From: a virus | Lineage: Duplodnaviria > Caudoviricetes | Strand: one strand, 5' to 3' | IMG/VR virus record: IMGVR_UViG_3300035492_000067 | Location: 1 to 29,039 of that record | DNA length: 29,039 nucleotides | Shown: positions 8,851 to 17,275 of the stretch, piece by piece | Numbering within the stretch: the stretch's first letter is position 1 | How the letters are laid out: each line of letters begins with the position of its first letter | The notes under the pieces: generated by a model | What the model saw: only the letters and a program-made list of their open reading frames with translations | Told to the model about the DNA's origin: nothing | Databases searched by the model: none | Translations under genes and position numbers: made by a program

Positions 8851-9369
8851 ATGAAGACTATTTTAATGTTTTTACTAATTATTTCTACAAATGTTTTTGC
8901 ATCTTCTTACAAGTCTTGTAAAGATTTGGCTCAATTAGAGGAATGGCAACTTCACAATCTCCGTATAGCATACAACCATGGTGCTCATCACGGATTACAA
9001 CATACTATGATGGCAATAGCATTATTAGAATCCAATGCTGGTAAGTGGAAAGTCAATTATTTTTCTAACGACTTCGGTCTATTTCAGATTAATATAGAAA
9101 CTGCGGCAAACACTCTTGGTGTCACAGATAAGTACAAGAAAATGGAATTAGCGGAGTTGTTAATTCATAATCATGATTTGAACGCAACTATTGCGTTATC
9201 TGTTTTGAGTCATTTTGATAAAGGTAATTACAAAGAAATGATTATGTCTTATAATGAAGGCTACCGTTGGCGTAGGGACAAAACATCTAAGAAAAAAGCA
9301 CTTTCCTACTATACAACTGTGTCTGGATATGTTAAACTGCTAAGACAGTGTAGAACATGGGAGATGTAA
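8851..9369 (+). CDS. Secreted SLT-family lytic transglycosylase (T4 Vs.1-like)
   Basis: Signal peptide ending VFA; motifs AIALLES (catalytic E), FGLFQIN and SYNEG. Confidence 0.85.
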   Translation: MKTILMFLLIISTNVFASSYKSCKDLAQLEEWQLHNLRIAYNHGAHHGLQHTMMAIALLESNAGKWKVNYFSNDFGLFQINIETAANTLGVTDKYKKMELAELLIHNHDLNATIALSVLSHFDKGNYKEMIMSYNEGYRWRRDKTSKKKALSYYTTVSGYVKLLRQCRTWEM

Positions 9370-9591
9370 ATGTTCAAAAATGATAATGAATTTAGTCTGT
9401 ATATCGAACAAGTTAAAATAGATAAAGGATTTGAAACATATACAGAGACTATCACTTATCTATATGAAAATGAATTTGACCATGAAATGGTTGATATTGC
9501 CAAAATGCTCAATAAAAAAATCATTGATACGATTCAACGTGAAGCAGAGGAACGTGGTTTAATGAAGACCACGGGAATCAGACTATTTTAG
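9370..9591 (+). CDS. 33: Late-promoter transcription co-activator gp33
   Basis: FSLYIEQ...Y.E.I...E....IAKML.K.I...I..EAEE.GL pattern, size, and synteny with gp59 and gp32. Confidence 0.8.
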   Translation: MFKNDNEFSLYIEQVKIDKGFETYTETITYLYENEFDHEMVDIAKMLNKKIIDTIQREAEERGLMKTTGIRLF

Positions 9592-9600
9592 GAGATTGTT

Positions 9601-10143
9601 ATGAGTCAGAATTTTGAAGTTGGTAAAAAGTATATTGTCTTACAACCTTTTCATCATTGGGGCAAAGGCAATATTATTGAAGTGGATAGCATTCGGGGTG
9701 GTGATGCATACTTTAGATGTGAAATTGTTGCCACTAAAAGAAGATTGGTAGACGGTTCTATAAAAGAATTAGATGAACCTAGTGATCGTGATTTGCGGAA
9801 ATTATTAAAACCCGGTATCTCTGTTGTTACTTTTAGAGATAAAACACTAGGTAATGCTCTGTTAATTTCAGATACGTTCTTTAGTGTTTCATTACAAATG
9901 CAAAGTTCTATTGATGGATATAATAGTTGTTTAAAATATGATAGTGTTCATACGGATGCATTTGATATTTTTTCAATTCATGAAATTGAAGCAAAACATA
10001 AAGATAAATCTTGGAACGGTAAATGGCCAGTTGGTAAACTTATTTGGTCACGTGAAAACGAACACAATAAAATCAAAGAATTGGAAGCAGAGATTCTTGC
10101 AAAACAAAAAGAATTAAATGAATTAAAAGAGAAATTCAGTTGA
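9601..10143 (+). CDS. Hypothetical protein with C-terminal coiled coil
   Basis: SD AGGAG; 180-aa ORF; overlaps the next start. Lies between gp33 and gp59. Confidence 0.75.
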   Translation: MSQNFEVGKKYIVLQPFHHWGKGNIIEVDSIRGGDAYFRCEIVATKRRLVDGSIKELDEPSDRDLRKLLKPGISVVTFRDKTLGNALLISDTFFSVSLQMQSSIDGYNSCLKYDSVHTDAFDIFSIHEIEAKHKDKSWNGKWPVGKLIWSRENEHNKIKELEAEILAKQKELNELKEKFS

Positions 10144-10700
10144 TAGCATATCAGACTTATAAATCCATGCAACTACACTTCATGAATAAAGGTTATGATG
10201 GTTGGAAGTATGGATTTAAAAAGAAAATTGATGAAACAAAACAGATACCATGGGAATGGCAGTTTAGAGCTATTGAACGTGAATATCCAACTACAACAGA
10301 ATTGGTGAGATATTATTACCCTTCGTTTGCTACTGGTAATATCAAACCTGTTCCTGGTATTATGAAAAAGATGCACCAAAATTTCATAAAAACATTGGAG
10401 CAGACTATACGAGATTGGGATAATCTGTTAGAATTGTTTTCCTCTTTTCAAGAACTACACTCACAAGGTGTAGTTCTACCAAGAATCTATGAAGTATGGG
10501 AATCAAATAAAGTTTCATTTGAATCAAAAGTTCTTATGTTTCTTGTTATTCCTACACTAAATAGAATTGTCAGTGCAGAGCCTTATGTGTGGCAGAAAGT
10601 AAAAACTGAAATTGAGTTTCATAAAAGGTTTTACTCTATGTACATATCAGCAGATTTAATAAAAGATCTGCAACTCCGTACACTTGACAAATTTAAATAA
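10140..10700 (+). CDS. 59: Helicase loader gp59-like
   Basis: N-terminal AYQTYKSMQLHF..KGYD..KY matches the gp59 Y...K.HF...YD..KY pattern. Directly upstream of gp32. Confidence 0.7.
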   Translation: MIAYQTYKSMQLHFMNKGYDGWKYGFKKKIDETKQIPWEWQFRAIEREYPTTTELVRYYYPSFATGNIKPVPGIMKKMHQNFIKTLEQTIRDWDNLLELFSSFQELHSQGVVLPRIYEVWESNKVSFESKVLMFLVIPTLNRIVSAEPYVWQKVKTEIEFHKRFYSMYISADLIKDLQLRTLDKFK

Positions 10701-10730
10701 CATTAAATGTAACTTAAAGGTAATTTAAAA

Positions 10731-11708
10731 ATGACTATTGATTTTTCAAAACTGAAATCCAACCGCGGTTCAACTCTGTCTAAATTAACAGAAAAACTGG
10801 AATCTATGAATAAAGGTTCTGGTGGCCAACGGGACGAGCGGTTATTTAAACCAGGTTTCAATAAACAAGAAGGTAAGGGTTATGCAGTAATCCGATTCTT
10901 GCCTGCCAAATCTGGTGACCCGTTTGTTCGTGTATTCAGTCACTCTTTCAACCACAATGGCCAATGGTATATTGAAAATAGTCGGTCTACCATCGGTGAA
11001 GAGGATCCAGTAGGTATTTCAAATACGCTATATTGGAAAAAAGGTGAAGCTGAAGGCAACGAAGCATTTAAAAACGTGGCTCGGAAACGTAAGCGTAATA
11101 CAAAATATTATGCAAACATCTATGTTGTTAAGGATACAGTAAATCCAGAAAATAATGGCAAAGTCATGATCTACGAATTTGGTCCACAGATTTTCAAGAT
11201 GATTGAAGCTGTTGCTAAACCAGAATTTGAAGATGATACTCCGATGGATCCATTTGATATGTGGTCTGGTGCAGATTTCAAAATCAAAATTGTTGGTAAA
11301 GAAATTCCAGATTCTCGTACTGGTCAGAAAACGATTGTCCCGAACTATGAAAATAGTGAGTTTGATCGTCAATCTGAATTCCTTGATTCAGACGAAGCTC
11401 GTGAATCTATTTTTAACCAAACTCATGATTTATCAGAATTCTTAAAAGTTAAGTCATTCGAGGAATTGGCAGAACGGTTTAAGAAAGTTACTGGTGAAGC
11501 TCATGATGCTCTGGAATCAGGTGACCCTGCAGAAGCTGTCGCTGCAAAACTTCAACAACAAGCAAATCTTGCTCAACAACAAGCAGAACCAGATGTTGGT
11601 AAAAGTTTAAATGAACCAGACCCTTCCGATTCTGATACAGATGAAGAGGAAGAGGAAGAGGAAGATGATGTCCTTGCGCAGTTCCGAAAACTTGCTCAAG
11701 GTATGTAA
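10731..11708 (+). CDS. 32: Single-stranded DNA-binding protein gp32
   Basis: DERL, GYAVIRFLPA, WYIENS, YYANIYVVKD..NPENNGKV, PFD.W.GADFK, NYENSEF, and an acidic tail. Confidence 0.97.
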   Translation: MTIDFSKLKSNRGSTLSKLTEKLESMNKGSGGQRDERLFKPGFNKQEGKGYAVIRFLPAKSGDPFVRVFSHSFNHNGQWYIENSRSTIGEEDPVGISNTLYWKKGEAEGNEAFKNVARKRKRNTKYYANIYVVKDTVNPENNGKVMIYEFGPQIFKMIEAVAKPEFEDDTPMDPFDMWSGADFKIKIVGKEIPDSRTGQKTIVPNYENSEFDRQSEFLDSDEARESIFNQTHDLSEFLKVKSFEELAERFKKVTGEAHDALESGDPAEAVAAKLQQQANLAQQQAEPDVGKSLNEPDPSDSDTDEEEEEEEDDVLAQFRKLAQGM

Positions 11709-11727
11709 AATACCGTAAAAATAATTC

Positions 11728-11790
11728 AAAGGTCTGTAGACAATACAGACCTTTTTGTTTTATACTGAATCTGTAAAAGCAATTGTGAGG
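11728..11790 (+). promoter_or_regulatory. Terminator hairpin overlapping promoter cassette 2
   Basis: 11-bp stem 11728-11738/11744-11754 plus T-run, enclosing TAGACA. TATACT at 11761 (18-bp spacer). GTGAGG at 11785. Confidence 0.7.
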
Positions 11791-11800
11791 AATTTATATC

Positions 11801-12040
11801 ATGAATGTTCATATTCCAACAGATTGGATAGTTAATCCAAAACCTAATACAACACTTTACAAAGACAGATATTGGGCGGTTATCAAACCTGGTCATATAA
11901 CGATTTATGCACCAGATGATAGATTTATGCACCAACCACTTTGCGGTTTAACTAGAGAAGAAGCATTACAAATTCCTGGTGCAATAGGTTTTGTCTATTT
12001 ACCTAATGCATATATTCCAATTCAGGAGCAAATGGTATGA
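11801..12040 (+). CDS. Hypothetical protein
   Basis: SD GAGG; ATGA-coupled to the next gene. Confidence 0.75.
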   Translation: MNVHIPTDWIVNPKPNTTLYKDRYWAVIKPGHITIYAPDDRFMHQPLCGLTREEALQIPGAIGFVYLPNAYIPIQEQMV

Positions 12041-12252
12041 AAATTATAGCTACAAATGTAGGATATTTTTGCAAATATATCACCAAAGGTAAAATCTATG
12101 AAGTGTTAAAGGTTATACCCTATAAACATGGTGACATCGTCATTATTCAGGATGATGATTTAGATGTCATTAATATTCCCTTAAACCATATTGAAAAGAA
12201 TATAACTTGTGCACACGGTGTATTATGGGAGATTGTAGATGAGCAAGTATAG
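12037..12252 (+). CDS. Hypothetical protein (IT.GK.YEV small beta-rich type)
   Basis: SD AGGAG; coupled overlaps on both sides. Confidence 0.75.
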   Translation: MKIIATNVGYFCKYITKGKIYEVLKVIPYKHGDIVIIQDDDLDVINIPLNHIEKNITCAHGVLWEIVDEQV

Positions 12253-12652
12253 AATTATCAACAATCGAGGATATAAACTCGATTACAAGAAAGTTGTGTT
12301 TTCCGACGGCACGTCAATTATCAATTTGATCGTGGATGATAATTATATCAATTCCAATGTGATAACAATCACGATTCCAAGTTCAATTACAAAGTTTGAT
12401 GATGTTCTATGGGATTTATTGTTATTAAAAGATGTATTATTACATAGATTCAGAAAATCATTAGAAACGATTAATTTGAATTTTGAATATCTGCCACATG
12501 CTCGTGCAGCACGTAGAATCAAAGCTGTGTTAGCAGATCCGGTAAAATGCTTCAATTTTATGGAATATACAGCTACAGCTTTAGCTAAAACAGAACCAGA
12601 GGTGTTTCTAAAATCTGAATATCATGATTTACTTAAAGAGCTTTGTGTCTAA
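12239..12652 (+). pseudogene. Truncated or chimeric ribose-phosphate pyrophosphokinase-like gene (N-terminal domain only)
   Basis: FSDG...DDVLWDLLLLKDVL...INLNFEYLPHARAARR matches the Prs N-domain pattern (F.DGE...L.ELL...DAL...PY.PYARQDR). The ORF ends at 137 aa with no PRPP-binding VDD motif. Confidence 0.6.
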
Positions 12653-12709
12653 GTTTATTTTATGAATTGATATAATTACAAATCTTATTACTTTTAAGGA
12701 GAATCTTTT

Positions 12710-12931
12710 ATGAAATTAAAATTTTTTACTATTTTAATGCTTTTATTATTAACTGCGTGTAGTCGTGAGAATTTAGGTATTTCTGCTAAATCTGGGAGTT
12801 TAAGTGAAGCAGACTTCGAAGTCCAGTGTCTAAACGGTGTTCAATATTACGTCAGAACTGTTGCATATAAAGGTTATATGGCAGTTAAAATTAATAAAGA
12901 TACGTTAAAACCAGAAACTTGTAATCAATAA
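12710..12931 (+). CDS. Small lipoprotein
   Basis: SD AAGGAG; lipobox LTA-C; C.NGV.Y...C pattern common in phage lipoproteins. Confidence 0.8.
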   Translation: MKLKFFTILMLLLLTACSRENLGISAKSGSLSEADFEVQCLNGVQYYVRTVAYKGYMAVKINKDTLKPETCNQ

Positions 12932-12942
12932 GGAATTTCATT

Positions 12943-14235
12943 ATGTCAAACTATAAAGCTATTATCGCAAAAATTGATACCACAATTCAGATTCCCGGTG
13001 CAGACAATATTCATATTGCAAAAGTATTAGGTGAATCTGTTATTGTCTCAAAATTCTGGGGAGAAGGTAAGATTGGTGTATTCTTCCCTGCTGGTACTCA
13101 GTTATCTGCAGAATTCTGTAAAACAAACAATCTATATCGTGATGCAGAACAAAATGCAGACAAGACCAAAAAAGGTTTCTTTGAACAAACTCGTCGTGTT
13201 CGAGCTCAACCTTTCTTAAAGGTAAAATCTGAAGGTTACTTTACAGATTTAGAATCACTAGCGTTTACTGGATATGATCTATCCAAATTGAAGATTGGTG
13301 ATTCATTCGAAGAGTTAAATGGTAAATCTGTTGCCATGAAATATATCAACGAGAAAACACGCCAAGCTATTGGTAATCGTGGCCAGAAAGCACGTAAAAA
13401 GGTTTCAACTCCACTATTTGTTGAACATGTGGACACAGAACAATTTAAACACAATATCCATAAAATCCAAAAGGGTGATTTGATCTCAATTCAGTCAAAG
13501 AAACATGGTACATCTGGTCGATATGCATATACCAAGGTGATGATTGAATTACCAAAATGGAAACAAATTGTTAACCGTTTTGCTCCAATCTTTCCAGAGT
13601 TTAAATGGGATTATGTTGTAGGGACCCGTCGTGTTGTACTGGATAATCCAGAAAAAGAAGGTTTCCATGGTTCTGAAGGCTATCGGTTTGAAGTGTTGGA
13701 AAAATTAAAACCTTATATGACCAAGGGTATGACAATTTATGGTGAAATTGTAGGTTATGCAAATGGTAAACCTATCATGTCACCACATCATACCAAAGAC
13801 TTAAAGGACAAAGCTGTTACTAAGAAATATGGTGACACAATGATCTACAAGTATGGATGTCTGGAAGGTGAAAATAAGTTCCATATCTATCGGATTACAT
13901 ATACAACCGAAGATGGTGTTCATATTGATATGACACAACAACAGTTGGTTGCATGGTGTAAAGACCGAAATATTGAACCTTCTTATGATTTGGTTGAACC
14001 GTTTATCTATGATGGCGATGATCAGAAACTGCGTAGATTGGTTGATGAATTGACAGAACGTGAAGATGTTTTAACAGAAGATTATCATGACCAATCTCAT
14101 ATTTCAGAGGGTGTTATTGTCCGTGTTGATAGAAACACAACAACTCCATTGTTCCTGAAATCTAAGTCCTATCGGTTCAAAGTCATGGAAGGCATTATCC
14201 AAGAAAAAGAAGTTGACTTGGAAGATGCATCTTAA
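12943..14235 (+). CDS. ATP-dependent RNA ligase with N-terminal OB-like domain (DRB0094/Rnl2-like)
   Basis: IPGADNI N-terminus; motif I SKKHGTS; IYGEIVG, FHIYRI, SEGVIVR, LKSKS. Confidence 0.85.
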   Translation: MSNYKAIIAKIDTTIQIPGADNIHIAKVLGESVIVSKFWGEGKIGVFFPAGTQLSAEFCKTNNLYRDAEQNADKTKKGFFEQTRRVRAQPFLKVKSEGYFTDLESLAFTGYDLSKLKIGDSFEELNGKSVAMKYINEKTRQAIGNRGQKARKKVSTPLFVEHVDTEQFKHNIHKIQKGDLISIQSKKHGTSGRYAYTKVMIELPKWKQIVNRFAPIFPEFKWDYVVGTRRVVLDNPEKEGFHGSEGYRFEVLEKLKPYMTKGMTIYGEIVGYANGKPIMSPHHTKDLKDKAVTKKYGDTMIYKYGCLEGENKFHIYRITYTTEDGVHIDMTQQQLVAWCKDRNIEPSYDLVEPFIYDGDDQKLRRLVDELTEREDVLTEDYHDQSHISEGVIVRVDRNTTTPLFLKSKSYRFKVMEGIIQEKEVDLEDAS

Positions 14236-14246
14236 CAAAATAAGTG

Positions 14247-14303
14247 TTGACTTTTCTGGAGTCAGAATTTAAACTGGCTCCGTAATTTAAACAAACGTGA
14301 AGG
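14247..14303 (+). promoter_or_regulatory. Promoter / inverted repeat / GTGAAGG cassette 3
   Basis: TTGACT-17-TAAACT. Stem GGAGTCAG/CTGGCTCC (one G-T pair) across the -10. GTGAAGG at 14297. Confidence 0.75.
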
Positions 14304-14311
14304 AAATTATT

Positions 14312-14872
14312 ATGTCATTTAACTCAGTTCGTGTTTCAACCCGCAATAACTCTATGGACCATGTTGGTTTTGAATTTGGTGGATTATTTTTGGTTTGGTC
14401 AAAAGCCAAAAATGATTTTCTAATTCCGTGTTCACATAATCGTTATAAAATCGGACCAAGTGTTTATTCTAAAGGTAGTTTTAACTACAACACTTCGTTG
14501 AAAACTTCTTCCGAAGATTTACAACATTGGTTAAAATCAAAACTGTTCACTCAGTCACAAATTAACAAAATTATGACTAAGTTGAAATCGTGTGATTTGT
14601 TCAACAACTATGCTCGCACTACAGCATCGGTTTCAAGTCCATCAAAACGATATACCAATCCAGAAGATGGTGGTTTTATTGTTGTGGTTGCACGGGATGG
14701 TTCTTTACGTCCAAGTCAATCACCAGTTGTACATAAAACAGAATCTGCTGCTAAAGATAAAGCCAAACGGTTAGCAGAAGAACATCGCGGTCAGGAATTT
14801 TATGTGTTGAAAATTGTAAGTTCTGCATTAATCCCTGTTGCACCACAAGCTCGTATCAAATCATTTAACTAA
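14312..14872 (+). CDS. Hypothetical protein with C-terminal H.T...A...A.RLA...G..FYV phage motif
   Basis: ATG 14312 behind the GTGAAGG SD. Confidence 0.8.
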   Translation: MSFNSVRVSTRNNSMDHVGFEFGGLFLVWSKAKNDFLIPCSHNRYKIGPSVYSKGSFNYNTSLKTSSEDLQHWLKSKLFTQSQINKIMTKLKSCDLFNNYARTTASVSSPSKRYTNPEDGGFIVVVARDGSLRPSQSPVVHKTESAAKDKAKRLAEEHRGQEFYVLKIVSSALIPVAPQARIKSFN

Positions 14873-14876
14873 AATG

Positions 14877-14906
14877 AAGCCCCTATAATTATGGGGCTTT
14901 GCTTTT
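14877..14906 (+). terminator. Intrinsic terminator
   Basis: AAGCCCC-loop-GGGGCTT followed by TGCTTTT. Confidence 0.7.
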
Positions 14907-14920
14907 ATAGTGAGATAATT

Positions 14921-15412
14921 ATGGCAAATTTTGAATATGTAAAAGGTAATTTGATCGATGCTTACCTTAATGGTCAAGTTCAGATTATCGGTCATTGTAC
15001 AAACTGCCAAAATACATTTGGTTCAGGTATAGCAAAAGAAATTCGTGAACGGTTACCAGAGGTATATACAGCTGATACTCTTCACTATTACAATTTGAAT
15101 AAACAAAATCTATTAGGCACTATTTCCAGATTCAAAGGTGTGTTTAACCTTTATGGTCAGGATTTGTACGGCACTCAAAGACGTCAGTTGAACTATGGAG
15201 CATTTGCTTCTGCTTTAACAAAGATGGTTTATGAAATCTTTAAAACACATGATTTAGCAAAATTAAATGGATATAATCCTATTATTGGATTTCCATACAA
15301 GGTTGGTTCAGACCGAGCTGGTGGCGATTGGGAAATTGTCAAAGAGTTGATCGAATTTGCTTTCAAAGATTATAAATGGGAAGTCAAATTCTACCATTTA
15401 GGAAATCTGTAA
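14921..15412 (+). CDS. Macrodomain ADP-ribose hydrolase (T4 Tk.4/DarG-like)
   Basis: KGNLI, IGHCTNC..TFGSGIAKEI, NLYGQ, P.KVGSDRAGGDW. Confidence 0.9.
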   Translation: MANFEYVKGNLIDAYLNGQVQIIGHCTNCQNTFGSGIAKEIRERLPEVYTADTLHYYNLNKQNLLGTISRFKGVFNLYGQDLYGTQRRQLNYGAFASALTKMVYEIFKTHDLAKLNGYNPIIGFPYKVGSDRAGGDWEIVKELIEFAFKDYKWEVKFYHLGNL

Positions 15413-15603
15413 TGCCAAGCTATAATATCCAGTGTACAAATGAAAAGTGTCATATGTCCATTGAAACTGTAGAAATCAGAAAGAAAATGTTGGAACCATT
15501 TCCTAAATGTTCAGAATGTGGAAGTGAAACAAAGAACGTAATGGTTCCTACTCCATTCTCTACAAAAGGTTCTGGATGGTTCGGCAAATCTAGGAGTAAT
15601 TAG
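15412..15603 (+). CDS. Second FmdB-like zinc-ribbon protein
   Basis: MPSYNIQCTNEKC...CSECGS...F.TKGSGWF. TAATG-coupled start. Confidence 0.85.
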   Translation: MPSYNIQCTNEKCHMSIETVEIRKKMLEPFPKCSECGSETKNVMVPTPFSTKGSGWFGKSRSN

Positions 15604-15801
15604 ATGAAACGTATTGGTGGTACAATAGAAAATTGGCAAGTTGTTGATTGGTTAGGTCAAAATGTTGTTATTGGGAATATATTTGGTGATGATCATTGGA
15701 AAGATGGTACATCTATCAGAACATCTACAATCCTTACTATGTCTGAAACAGAAGTCGAAACTCTGAATACAATTTACAAATTAGGTACTCCAAAACAGTA
15801 G
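15604..15801 (+). CDS. Conserved phage hypothetical protein
   Basis: SD AGGAG; G.IFGD...DG..I.TS....ET.N..Y.L pattern. Confidence 0.8.
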   Translation: MKRIGGTIENWQVVDWLGQNVVIGNIFGDDHWKDGTSIRTSTILTMSETEVETLNTIYKLGTPKQ

Positions 15802-15850
15802 ACAAATCTGGAATCGGTTATTATACTGGTTCCAGATTTATAAGTGAAGG
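15799..15850 (+). promoter_or_regulatory. Promoter / inverted repeat / GTGAAGG cassette 4
   Basis: TAGACA-17-TATACT. 15-bp stem 15804-15818/15825-15839 with two G-T pairs. GTGAAGG at 15844. Confidence 0.8.
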
Positions 15851-15858
15851 AATTTATC

Positions 15859-16482
15859 ATGAATCATACCGAATTTTTGTTAAGACTTAATCCAGAATAC
15901 AAACCAGAAAAATCCGATTTGGAAAAATCCAGAGAAATGCTGTATACTCTTGCAGATCATTTTATTAAATGGTTTCGAGAATCAGTTTTCAATCTTGAAA
16001 ACCAAGGCGATAAAAAACTGAACTACACGACATTCGTGTATTGTTCTGGTAAAATCTTTCTGTCAGACTTGACTAAGGAACATAGAAAATTTCTGAACGA
16101 TAATAGTTTGTTCTTTAATATGAATCTACATACACATCATTCTTATATTGTTGCTATACAATATACGGACAATTTCTATAACATCAGCGAATCGTTCAAA
16201 GATTTTATAGAAGTACATTCTTTAAATGATGACCGCGAAAATGATGATGTGTTTATACCTGTGCCTGCGTATTACTTCCATAACAATTTAACAACTGAAG
16301 AAGCTCTAGTTAAGTATAAAGAATGGTTCGATGTTCATGTAGATAAACCTTTACGTGCAGTCTATCAGATGTACAAAGATGAGCAATTAGAGAAAAAGAG
16401 ATTGCAAGAAAGCTTCGCTATTGCTAAACTTAAGAAAGAAGCAGAAAAATTAGGTTTAACTTTGGTACCAAAAGATGAATAA
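15859..16482 (+). CDS. Hypothetical protein
   Basis: ATG 15859 behind GTGAAGG; overlaps the next gene. Confidence 0.8.
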   Translation: MNHTEFLLRLNPEYKPEKSDLEKSREMLYTLADHFIKWFRESVFNLENQGDKKLNYTTFVYCSGKIFLSDLTKEHRKFLNDNSLFFNMNLHTHHSYIVAIQYTDNFYNISESFKDFIEVHSLNDDRENDDVFIPVPAYYFHNNLTTEEALVKYKEWFDVHVDKPLRAVYQMYKDEQLEKKRLQESFAIAKLKKEAEKLGLTLVPKDE

Positions 16483-16918
16483 CTTATTTTCTGGTGTAAT
16501 CAATTCATTTAAAGGTCAATATCATTTCCTAAGTAATTTTTATCCTTGTGAAGTAGAATATAAGGGTGTTGTTTGGCCAACACTAGAGCATGCTTACGTC
16601 TCGGCTAAAATTAAAAATTATGATGATGTAGAAAAATTATTAAAAACATGTGATACACCGGGTAAAGCAAAAAGATTCGGTAGAAAAGTTGAAATTGTAG
16701 ATAATTGGGACAGTATTAAATTTAACATAATGTACAAATTATTATGCAAAAAATTTGATAATCCGGTTTTGTTACAAAAACTAAAAGATACAGGTGATAA
16801 ATTACTTGTTGAGGGTAATGATCATGGTGATGTTATATGGGGCGTATGCAATAAAACTGGAAAGGGTGCTAATAAATTAGGTCAATTATTAATGTTTATT
16901 CGTGATACAGGTGTATAA
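16475..16918 (+). CDS. NADAR (YbiA-like) family protein
   Basis: FLSNFYP, TLEHAY..AK, AKRFGR, KF.NP.L, LVEGN..GD..WG, G.N.LG..LM..R. Confidence 0.92.
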   Translation: MNNLFSGVINSFKGQYHFLSNFYPCEVEYKGVVWPTLEHAYVSAKIKNYDDVEKLLKTCDTPGKAKRFGRKVEIVDNWDSIKFNIMYKLLCKKFDNPVLLQKLKDTGDKLLVEGNDHGDVIWGVCNKTGKGANKLGQLLMFIRDTGV

Positions 16919-16919
16919 T

Positions 16920-17204
16920 ATGAATCTTGAAAAACAACTGAAAACAGTTCTCAGAAGTAGATTTGACGGAGCATCTAAACAACGCGTCATTAAATCTACT
17001 TACAAACCACCTCAAATCCCTTCTTGGCGAGATTCTGTTAGAACAATTAACCGAGTTAATACTAACAGTTGTGTTACCACCAAGAATCCCGTACAGACGT
17101 ACACAGGTGATCTGGTAAAAGGTATTGCTCTATTCCATAAGTCATGTTTTCAACCTATAATCAGTCAGGAAGCTGCAATAGATGTAGCGAGAATGCGTAG
17201 ATAA
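16920..17204 (+). CDS. Conserved T4-like hypothetical protein
   Basis: C-terminal YTG..VKGIA..HKS...P.....A.D.ARMRR motif recalled from T4-like phages. Confidence 0.75.
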   Translation: MNLEKQLKTVLRSRFDGASKQRVIKSTYKPPQIPSWRDSVRTINRVNTNSCVTTKNPVQTYTGDLVKGIALFHKSCFQPIISQEAAIDVARMRR

Positions 17205-17211
17205 ATTTTTG

Positions 17212-17268
17212 TTGACTTTTCTGTGGGTACAATTTACTATGTACCCGTCTTAAAACATGAAGTGAAGG
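17212..17268 (+). promoter_or_regulatory. Promoter / inverted repeat / GTGAAGG cassette 5 (rIIA)
   Basis: TTGACT-17-TACTAT. Stem GGGTACA/TGTACCC across the -10. GTGAAGG at 17262. Confidence 0.75.
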
Positions 17269-17275
17269 TGAATTT

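Noticed and set aside
11643-11670. (GAAGAG)n microsatellite as a contingency locus
   Set aside because: It encodes the poly-Glu stretch of the normal acidic gp32 tail, and unit changes keep the frame.
12668-12676. TG-A-TATAAT extended -10 upstream of the lipoprotein gene
   Set aside because: Plausible, but there is no -35, stem or GTGAAGG, and it is too weak to call in AT-rich DNA.
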